From assembly GCA_043228905.1 (NCBI GenBank), contig JBHGNT010000008.1:372001-436000 (forward strand): a stretch of DNA of 64,000 bases, in the 5' to 3' direction. Positions 54,083 to 64,000 of the stretch are shown in pieces. Numbering within the stretch: position 1 is the stretch's first letter; each line of letters begins with the position of its first letter. Under the pieces are notes generated by a model, which did not search any database, was not told where the DNA came from, and saw nothing but the letters and a program-made list of their open reading frames with translations. The translations under genes and the position numbers were made by a program. This stretch comes from Azolla caroliniana. Taxonomy: Eukaryota > Plantae > Polypodiophyta.

Positions 54083-55313
54083 TATATCTCCAGGGCTCGT
54101 GGTGTTGTGGTTGCGGAGGCCGCGGCCGCGGCCGCGGCGGTGGCTGAAAACCATTGTTAGGTTGGCATCGGTTTTGATGCCAATAAAAGTATATTTGTTG
54201 TTTGTTTTCAGGATAAATGGAGAGGAGAAGCTATGGATATTGTTTGTCTTGGGCTGAAATGGGGCAGAAGGTATGTGGCGGAGTTGCATTCGTTGGAGAG
54301 GTTCGGGTTCATTGAAACCAATAAATTTAACTATTGGTTCGTATTGATTGGAATCTAAATTATGGCATGGGGTAATTTCGTGTATTGTTATATTATAAGT
54401 GTAGAATCTTTGGCGAGGCTTGGATGGTGATAATGGTGGCGGCAGTGGTCGAAGAGGGTGTTGGTGGCGGCGGCGGTGCGGTTGTTGTGAAGGGCCGAAA
54501 GGGCATGTGTATCTTACAGATTTTGAGTGGGGTTTAGGGTTTAGATTCTTAGTGGGATTGGGTTTAGGTTTTGGGTTAGGGTTAGGGTTCGGTTTTGGGT
54601 TATGGTTAGGGTTAAGGTTAAGTTTAGGTTTCGGTTTAGAGTTAGGGTTAGGATTCCTATTAGGGTTTGTTTTAGGGTTGGGTTTAGTATGGTTGGGATT
54701 AGGGTAGGGATTTTGTTTACAAGGATTAGGGTGGGATTTGTGGTTAGATGTTTTGTTGGGACTAAAGTTATTGTTTTTCAGGGTAGATTTTGGGATGGGG
54801 AGAGGATTAGGGTTAGATTTTGGGATAGGGTTAGAGTTAATGTTAATAATTGCATCAAGGTAAGGATTGGATGTGGAGTCAAAGTGTAAACATTTTTTGT
54901 TTTTGGGGATAATGACTCGGGATGTTTGTGGGTTAGGATTTTGTTCTATAGGCTCCTCGTTTGTATTTAGATCTATTGGGAGATCTTCTATTTCGTTATC
55001 TAATTCAACATTGATATTATCAAAATCATGTGTATTATGGAGTTTATCCGAGTGTTGTAGCTCTCTATTGTTATTTCTAATTGTGATTGAAGTTGTTTTG
55101 AGTGTATTATCAATGTTGTTAGTAACAGCAACTCTTGGCACTTCGTTAAAAGGTCTATAACATGTTCTTCTAACCAATGGTTAATATTGTCTGTAAAAAG
55201 GTTAGGCGCTATAAAATTTGAGACCTCTTCTAAGTGCTTAGGATCTAGTAGCATGGTGCTAAATTCGAAGAGTTCTACTCTAAATTTATTTGGGAAATCA
55301 TCTCTGACCCAAT
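54083..55313 (-). other. Orphan coding-like fragment with Pro-Asn/Pro-Lys low-complexity tract, probably from an unidentified element; truncated at both ends
   Basis: 365-aa ORF 54080..55177 whose stop coincides with the inferred LTR start. An overlapping upstream frame (HNWVRDDFPNKFRVELFEFSTMLLDPKHL...) is open to the satellite junction. No domain recognised. Confidence 0.5.
54525..54845 (+). repeat. Degenerate hexamer array resembling (TTAGGG)n
   Basis: gggttagggttagggttcggttttgggttatggttagggttaagg... The 6-bp period encodes (PN/PK)n on the minus strand. Confidence 0.8.
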
Positions 55314-58300
55314 TATGAACATTTTGATTTAGTCACGACCTCTTTGGTCTGCCTTCCTCAATTGTGACACACCTTTGGTTTTTCGCTTCATGTCTCTCGC
55401 CCTGACTTTCAAAATCATGATTTTTCAATTCCATATCATAACTTGTTCCGTTAGCTTCGATTCACATATTTGAACAAGAAAATCCGATCTCACACGAGCC
55501 AGCTATCAACATTTTCATTTATTCACACGGTCTTGTCTACGTCGTCCTCAATTGTGGCACACCTTTAGTTTTTCCTTCATTTCTGTCGCCTTGAGTTTCT
55601 AAATTAGGATTCTTCAATTCCATTTCATAGCTTGGTCCGTTAGCTTCGATTCACATGTTTGAACAAGAAAATCTGATATCACACAAGCCAGCTATCACAT
55701 TTTCATTTATTCACGCGGTCTTGTCTACACCGTCCTCAATTGTGGCACAACATTGCTTTCATGTCTATCGCCCTGAGTTTCTAAAGTAGGATTTTTCACT
55801 TCCATATCCTAGCTTGTTCCATTAGCTTCGATTCACATGTTTGAACAAGAAAATCTGATATCACACGAGTCAACTATCAACATTCTCATTTATTCTCGCG
55901 GTCTTGTCTACGCCATCCTCAATTGTGGCACAACTTTGCTTTTTCTTTCATGTCTATCACCTTGAGTTTCTAAATTAGGAATTTTCAGTTCCATATCATA
56001 GCTTGGTCCATTAGCTTCAATTCCCATGTTTGAAAAAGAAAATCTGATATCATACGAACAAGCTCTGAACCAACTCTAAACATTTTGATTTAGTCACGTG
56101 CTCTTTGGTGTACCTTCCTCAATTGTGGTACACCCTTGTTTTTTCCTTCATGTCTCTTGCCTTGAGTTTCAAAATCATGATTTTTCAATTCCAGATCATA
56201 ACTTGTTCCGTTAGCTTTGATTCGCATATTTGAACAAGAAAATCCGATATCCCACGAGCCAGCTATCAATATTTTCATTTATTCACACGGTCTTGTCTAT
56301 GCCGTCCTCAATTGTGGCACACCTTTGCTTTTTCCTTCATGTCTCTCGCGCTGACTATCAAAATCATCATTTTTCAATTTCATATCATAGCTTCGTCCGT
56401 TAGCTTCGATTCACATGTTTGAACAAGAAAATCCGATAACACACGAGTCAACTATCAACATTTTCATTTATTCATGCGGTCTTGTCTACGCCGTCCTCAT
56501 TGTGGCACAACTTTGGTTTTTCCGTCTTATCTGTCGCCCTGAGTTTCTAGATTAGGATTTTTCAATTCCATATCATAGCTTGGTTCGTTAACTTCGATTC
56601 ACATGTTTGAACAAGAAAATCCAATATCATACGAGCCAGCTTTGAACATTTTCATGTACTCACGCGTTCTTGTCTACGCCCTCCTCAAGTGTGGCACAAC
56701 TTTGCTTTTTCCTTCATGTCTCTTGCCCTCACATTGAAAATCATGATTTTTCAATTCCATATCATATCTAGGTCCGTTAGCTTCGATTTTCATGTTTCAA
56801 TAAGAAAATCCAATATCAGACGAGACAGTTATCAACATTTTCATTTAGTCCCGCGCTCTTGTCTACGCCCTCCACAATTGTGGCACACCTTTGGTTTTTC
56901 CTTCATGTCTCTTGCCCTGAGTTTAAAAATCATGATTTTGCAATTCAATATCATAGCTCAGTCCGTTAGCTTCGATTCGCATGTTTCAACAAGAAAATCC
57001 GATATCACACGGGCCAGCTCTAAACATTTTGATTTACTCACACACTCTTGTCTACAACCTCCTCAAGTGTGGCACACCTTTGCTTTTTCCTTCATGTCTC
57101 TCGCGCTGACTATCAAAATCATCAATTTTCAATTCCAGATCATAACTTGTTCCGTTAGCTTCGATTCGCATGTTTGAACTGTCGAACACCGCGCTCGGCC
57201 ACAACCGAGAAATAGGATCAAATCACAGAAAACAGGAAATACGAAATGCTCCAAGACTACAGAGAGAAGAGTACACAGGATATTTTACGTGGAAAACCCT
57301 AAATGGGAAAAACCACGGGAGTCCTCAAACTCCAACTCACACTATACACAGAGATGTACAATGGTGAAGCTTCAAGGCAACAACCTTGAGCTCACTGTCT
57401 TCGCCACAGGCGGCGGCAATACACAGAGGCGTCGACCTCTTCCTTTCTCTCTCTCTCTCTCTCGACTGCTCTCACTTCGCTCTCTCGGCTAGAACATAGA
57501 ATGAGCAACAACACAACAAACTGTTTGCCCTAAGTCATATTTATACACATATGACTTTTCGGGCTATTTACAAATATAGCCACAAGGGCCCTTGGCAAAC
57601 ATATTCACAAATATGTCCCCGCATCCGGATCTCTCTCCGGGTACATTCATCATCCGGCTCCGTGGCCGGGTCTTCTCTTTGTCATCCGGCTCCGTAGCCG
57701 GGGTCTTCATCATCCGGCTCCGTAGCCGGGGTCTACAGCATCCGGCTCCGTAACCGGGTACTCTTCATTCGGCTTCATGCCGGGTACTCTGATCCTACGG
57801 TTCCGTAACAGCCTCCGGGCTTGCCGTCATTCATCTCCGGACATCCCATCCGGAGGGACCGAAATCCCAACATGAACAAGAAAATCCGATATGACACAAG
57901 CCAGCTATCAACATTTTCATTTATTCACGCGGTCTTGTCTACGCCGTCCTCAATTGTGGCACAACTTTACTTTTTCCTTCATGTCTCCCGCCCTATGTTT
58001 CAAAATCAGGATTTTTCAATTCAATATCTTATCTTGGTCCTTTAGCTTCGATTCGCATGTTTCAACAAGAAAATCCGATATGACACAACCTAGCTATCAA
58101 CATTTTCATTTACTCATGGGTTCTTGTCTTCGCCCTCCTCAATTCATGTCTGTCGCCCTGAGTTTCGAAATAATGATTTTTCAATTCGATATCATAGCTT
58201 GGTTCGTTAGCTTTGATTCGCATGTTTCAACAAGAAAATTTCATATCATACGAGCCAGCTCTAAACATTTTGATTTATTCACGCGTTCATGTCTACGCCC

Positions 58301-60423
58301 TCCTCAAGTGTGGCACAACTTAGCTTTTTCCTTGATGTCCCTCGTCCTAACTTTTAAAATCATGATTTCTCAATTCCATATCATATCTTGGTGCATTACC
58401 TTCGATTTGCATGTTTCAACAACAAAATCCGATATCACACGAGACAACTATCAACATTTTCATTTAGTCACGCGCTCTTGTGTACGCCCTCCTTAATTGT
58501 AGCACACGTTTGGTTTCTCCTTCATCTCTCTTGCCCTGAGTTTCAAAATCATGATTTTTCAATTCCATATCATAGCTTCATCCGTTAGCTTCAATTTGCA
58601 TGTTTCAACAAGGAAATCTAATATCATACGCCCTCCTCAAGTGTGGCACACCTTTGCTTCTTCCCTCATGTCTCGTGCGCTGACTTTCAAAATCATGATT
58701 TTTCAACTCCATGTCGTAGCTTGGTCCGTTAGCTTTGATTTGCATGTTTAAACAAGAAAATCTTATATGATATGAACCAGTCATGAACATTTTGATTTAG
58801 TCATGTGCTCTTTGGTGTGCCTTCCTCAATTGTGGGACACCTTTGTTATTTCCTTCATGTCTCTTGCCCTAAGTTTTAAAATCATGATTTTTCAATTACA
58901 TATCATAGCTTGTTCCGTTAACTTCGATTCGCATGTTTGAACAAGACAATCCAATATCACACGAGCCAGCTATCAACATTTTCATTTATTCACGTGGTCT
59001 TGTCTACGCCGTCCTCAATTGTGGCATAACTTTTCTTTTTCCTTCATGTTCGTCACCCTGAGTCTCTAAATTAGTATTTTTCAATTCTATATCATATCTT
59101 GGTCGGTTAGCTTCGATTTGCATGTTTGAACAAGAAAATCTGATATCATACGAACCAGCTCTGAACATTTTGAGGGACACGCGCTCTTGTCTACGCCATA
59201 CTCAATTGTGGGACACCTTTGATTTTTCCTTCATGTCTCTCGCCTTGAGTTTTCAAAATCATGATTTGTCTATTCCATATTATAGCTTAGTCTGGTAGCT
59301 TCAATTCGCATGTTTGGAGAAGAAAATCCGATATCACACGAGCCAGCTATCAACATTTTCATTTAGTCAAGCGCTCTTGTCTACGCCCTCCTCAATTGTG
59401 GCACACCTTTGGTTTTTCCTTCATGTCTCTTGCCCTGACTTCAAAATCATTATTTATCAATTCCATATCATAGCTCAGTCCTTTAGCTTCGATTCGCATG
59501 TTTGAACAAGAAAATCTGATATCATACGAGCCAGCTCTAAACATTTTAATTTACTCACGCGCTCTTGTTTACGCCCTCCTTAAGTGTTGCACAACTTTGC
59601 TTTTTCATTCATGTCTCCATCCCTGACTTTCAAAATCAGAATTTTTCAATTCCATATCATAGCTTGGTCCGGTAGCTTCGAGTCGCATGTTTGAACAAGA
59701 AAATCCGATATCACACGAGCCAGCTATCAACATTTTCATTTAGTCACGCACTCTTGTCTACGCCATACTCAATTGTGGCACACCTTTGTTTTTTCCTTCA
59801 TGTCTCTCGGCTTGAGTTTTCAAAATCATGATTTTTCAATTCCATATCATAGCTTAGTCTGATAGCTTCGATTCGCATGTTTGAACAAGAAAATCCGATA
59901 TCACACGAGCCAGCTATCAACATTTTCATTTAGTCATGCTCTCTTTTCTATGCCATACTCAATTGTGGCACACCTTTGGTTTTTCCTTCATGTCTCTCGG
60001 CTTGAGTTTTCAAAATCATGATTTTTCTTTTCCATATCATAGCTTGGTCCGGTAGCTTCGATTCGCATGTTTGAACAAGAAAATCCGATATTACACGAGC
60101 CAACTATCAACATTTTCATTTTGTCACATGCTCTTGTCTACGCCATCCTCAATTGGGGCACACCATTGGTTTTTCCTTCATGTATCTCACCCTGACTTTC
60201 AAAATCATGATTTTTCAATTTTCATATCATAGCTTGGTCCATTAGCTTTGATTCGCATTTTTGAACAAGAAAATCTGATATCACACAAGCCAGCTATCAA
60301 CATTTTCATTTATTCACGGGCTCTTGTTTACACCCTCCTCAATTGTGGCACAACTTTGGTTTTTCCTTCATGTCTCTTGTCCTGACTTTCAAAATGATGA
60401 TTTTTAATTCCATATCATAGCTT
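55314..60423. repeat. Satellite subfamily E, 189-bp monomer, divergent; interrupted by a solo LTR
   Basis: gaacaagaaaatc at 55472/55661 and 56232/56421 (189-bp spacing). There are 11 extra bp in ctcaattgtggcacacctttg. Confidence 0.9.
57180..57872 (-). mobile_element. Solo LTR (693 bp) of a Tork-like Copia with 5-bp TSD TGAAC
   Basis: TG...CA termini. TGAAC at 57175-57179 and 57873-57877, with satellite phase continuous across it. The reverse complement aligns with LTR 51826-52427. Confidence 0.95.
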
Positions 60424-62548
60424 TATTCGGCTTCGGTGCTCAACAGTGCGAGTGTCAACTGTTTCTTACTAGTCCATGATATGGCACCAGTAGCGAGAGA
60501 AAAGACAAATCCGAATGTCAATCGCTAGTCGGCATCGGTATAACCTTTGAGTCGGATCGATGTGGCCAATTTGGAAAGGATGTCAAAATCCATGGTTCCA
60601 CTCACATACCTTAGCACTCGCTTAGCACAGTCGAGATGGATGTCTCGCGGTGTTTTCATAAACTAGCTATGGAGGCCGACCGGGTAACTCAGGTTGGGTC
60701 GGGTAATTGTGAGGTAGATGAGGCTTCCGACTAGTTGACGATAATGCATCGGCTCACACTCTCTAGTGCCCGAGTCAGCATCTAGCTTTAGATTTCGATC
60801 AAGAGGAGTAGTGACGGGCTTACACTGGGTCATACTTGTAAAGAAGATTGAGGGTATAGTGCTTTTGAGAAAGCATGATGATGTCCAGAGTTCGAATTAT
60901 TTCTATTCCTACAAAGTAATGGAGCTCCTTCATATCGGTCATTTTGAATCGACTAGAGAGGAGCTTCTTGATGTGCTCAATATCCGTTAAATGCTCTCCT
61001 CCTATGACCAAATCATCCACATAAATGATGATAAATACCTGTCCTCTAGAGTCTCTCCAGATGAATAGAGAGTTGTCGGATTTGGACATGTTGAAGCCGA
61101 TTTGATGAAGATATTGTGTTATCTTCGAATGCCATGCTCTCAGTGCCTACTTCAGGCCGTAGAGAGGCTTTTTGAGTCGGCAGACAACAGTCGGATGTGT
61201 AGTCGACACGAATCCGGGTGGTTGCACCATGTACACCTATTCGCCTAACTTGCCTTGTAGAAAGGCGTTCTTTACATCCATTTGGTGGAGGTGCGGTCCA
61301 CTCAACCTGGTTGAGATTGGACTTCCCTCTTATGTGAACCTCGGTCAATCATCCTCCTCCACATCTGTGTCAAACTCGGTTTTGATAGTGTCGGATGGGG
61401 CTGATTCAAATGTATACCAGGATGCTCACTTGTCGAATACTACATCCCTACTCACTCGTACCTTCTTGGTGGATGGGTTGAAGCACTTATAGCCTTTTTG
61501 CTCGAGTGAGTACCCTACGAGTATACATTTCTCCGACTTGAGATTGAGCTTCTGTCGTAGGTCGTCGGGGATATGTACATATGCAATTGAACCGAATATC
61601 CCAACATGAGATAGATCAGGTTTCTTCCCATAGAACTTTTCGTAGGGGGTAACTTCGCACACTCCTGATGTTGTGCAGCGATTCGTCAGATAAATAGCCG
61701 TATTCGCCACTTCAGCCCAATATGACTTTGGCAGGTGTTTCTCGTTCATCATTGCCCTTGCCACCTCAAGTATGTGCCGATTCTTGCATTCGGCTACTCC
61801 GTTCTGCTGAGGTGTGTGTCGGCAAGTAAACTCCTGTTGGATTCCTTCTTGTCGAAGATATGTTGTAAAGGTGTCGGAGAAGTACTCCTTGCCGCCGTCC
61901 GATTGAAGGCATCAAACATGCCGATCGGTTGCCTTTTCGACTTCGTTTTTGAATCTTTGCAAGTGTGCGAACACTTCGCTCTTTTTCCGCATGGGGTAGA
62001 TCTAGGTATGTCTGGAGAAGTCATTGATGACTGTAACATAGTACCTACAACCACCGAATGTTGTCGTCTAGGTTGGTCCCCATACATTGAATGTATTACA
62101 TCCAGGATCCCTTTGCTTGTGTTCCTCTCCTTTGGGAACGGTTGTCGGTGCTATTTGATGAATTGACAAGCTTCGCACACCCCTACAATTTCCTTATTGG
62201 TAAAGGTCAGGAGTCCAGGGACAAGACCTTTTGACTGCATTCCCTTGAGTTTTTGGAAATTGACGTAGCCTATCCTCTTGTGCCATAGCTCTATGTCAGT
62301 GTCGGCTCTCTAGCCCTTGGCATACATGGCCGAATTCATCTCGTGAGAGTCGAGGATAAACATCTGACCTTCTCTCCGACCCCTAGCGATGAGTCGGCCT
62401 TCTTTTTCGATGAAGCGTCCTCCATCATTGAAGCGGACTTGCATGCCTTGTTCGACTATCTGGCCAACTAAGACCAGGTTCTTTGTTATTGTAGGAACAT
62501 GCAAAACGTTCATGATGTATGTTTGTTTGCCTTCTTCCCCAAATGGGA
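60424..62548 (-). pseudogene. pol: Internal fragment of a Copia element (protease end, integrase, internally deleted RT, start of RNase H)
   Basis: NVLHVPTITKNLV, LPKSYWAEVANTA, KCILVGYSLEQKGYKCFNP, HQMDVKNAF, IYVDDL and AISWTSKKQ. Several stops and frameshifts. Confidence 0.92.
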
Positions 62549-62959
62549 TGTAGTTTACGAAGGCGCTACGGCTCTTCTGTGTGCACAGTGGATCGTGATG
62601 TACTAGATCATTTAGTGCTCAAGACAGAAAGGGGAAGCGGAAGGAAACTTACCTTTGCACAATCCAAAAGCTTCTACTTCATTACACGCAGAGCTCAACT
62701 CGCTCTCGTCTATTTTCTATTCTTTTTGTTCTTAAAACTACTCTCAATCTTCTTACTACACTTTTTACCTAACTTATAAGTGACTTATATATGCAGCTAA
62801 TTAGCTGTCTATAGCTAAATAGTTGTCAGTAGCTAAATAGTTGTGCATAGCTAAATAGTTGTTTCACCTTTATGTCCACTAGTAGCTAATTAGCTAATAG
62901 CTACAATAGCTTATTTCTTAATAAGCATCGCATACCTTTCTTGAGCTTGCTTCTCAACA
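62549..62959 (-). repeat. 3' LTR (~411 bp) of a Copia nested in the previous element
   Basis: Minus strand TGTTG...CTACA. PPT AGCTTGAGGGGGAG at 62960-62973. Internal tagctaaatagttgt repeats at ~62812-62863. Confidence 0.82.
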
Positions 62960-62977
62960 CTCCCCCTCAAGCTCAAC

Positions 62978-64000
62978 TTAGCCTTTCTTGGGATCATCTT
63001 CAATCTTCTTTTCTTCATGCTTTTCAACTACCATGCCGATGGTTATAACTCCCATCATGTCTCTAAACTGTGTATGTTTTTTCATGCACAATCCCTTCGT
63101 AAGAATATCAACAACTTGCTGATTTGTACTTACATACAACAGGTCCACTTCTCCATCAATCACTTTTTCTCTAACAAAGTGATAATGCACTTCAATGTGC
63201 TTTGTTCTTGCATGGAACACTGGGTTTTTTGCCAGCTGAATGCCGCTCATATTGTCACACCAAATTGTGACAGCACCATCTATATATTCTCCCAAATGAG
63301 AAAGCAATCTTCTGATCCATACCTCTTCATAGGTCGTTATTGCAGCTCCTCTATATTCAACTTCAGTACTTGATAGTGCAACAGTAGCTTGTTTCTTGCT
63401 ACTCCATGAAATAGCTGCCCTTCCCAATGTAAACATATAACCACTTGTGGATCTTCTGCCAGTTTGGCTTCCAGCCCAATCAACATTTGTATATCCTTCC
63501 AGCTTTATGATCAAATCAGCCCTGTAAAACAGTCCATAATTTTGAGTAGCTTTTACATACCTCAAGATTCTTCTAATGCAGTCCAAGTGTGGCTTTGTTG
63601 GCTGTTGCATAAACTAGCTGACTAGTCCAACAGCATAACTCAGATCAGGTCTTGTTATAGTCAAATATATGAGGTTGCCCACCATAGACCTATACATGTT
63701 TACATCTTCTATCTTGGCTCCCAAATCAGCCCTCAATTTGCAGTTCTTATCTAGTGGTACACCAATAGGTTTGCATCCAAGCATACCATACTTCTTCAAC
63801 ATAGTTGTTGCATACCATACTTCTTCAACATAGTTGTTGCATATTGTTTTTGGAACATATATATACCACTTTCAGATCTGATCATCTCAATGCCAAGAAA
63901 GTATATCAACTCTCCCAAGTCCTTCATATGAAATTGCATTTCAAGAATTTTTTTTCACCTTGCTTATTTCATACATAGAATCACCTCTGATGATTAAATC
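62978..64000 (-). pseudogene. pol: Copia RT-RNase H remnant, continues beyond the window
   Basis: TRPDLSYAVGLVS, AISWSSKKQATVALSSTE and NPVFHARTKHIEVHYHFVRE. Stop at 63614 and a 29-bp duplication at 63781-63838. Confidence 0.93.

Noticed and set aside
54525-54845. A true interstitial telomere marking a chromosome fusion
   Set aside because: Very few consecutive perfect units, no inverted head-to-head array, and the tract is in frame within a longer ORF. Kept only as an open alternative in the findings.
56689-58496. 162- and 201-aa ORFs in subfamily E
   Set aside because: The 189-bp monomer is 63 codons, so a stop-poor frame can run across monomers by chance. Neighbouring monomers are broken.

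Overview
Eukaryotic (plant) heterochromatin with no host gene that I can identify. About 45 kb (1-45433) is an uninterrupted, single-orientation array of one 178-bp satellite, probably centromeric. The array is layered into sequence subfamilies (here A, B, C) and built from nested higher-order duplications: a 503-bp trimer, 11-mer and 15-mer units, and a ~19-kb tandem block. From 45.4 kb it breaks into a pericentromere-like edge where more divergent subfamilies (D, 178 bp; E, 189 bp) alternate with decayed LTR retrotransposons. These are one 5'-truncated non-chromovirus Ty3/Gypsy (Phygy/Selgy-like), four Ty1/Copia fragments (one Tork/Tnt1-like, one nested in another) and a solo LTR with a clean 5-bp TSD. 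There is also an orphan Pro-Asn-rich reading frame whose DNA resembles TTAGGG telomere repeats. Many junctions carry iterated, locally templated filler DNA and microhomologies. All ORFs in satellite sequence are treated as spurious. Subfamily boundaries and copy alignments were read by eye and are approximate; centromeric function and lineage names are inference.
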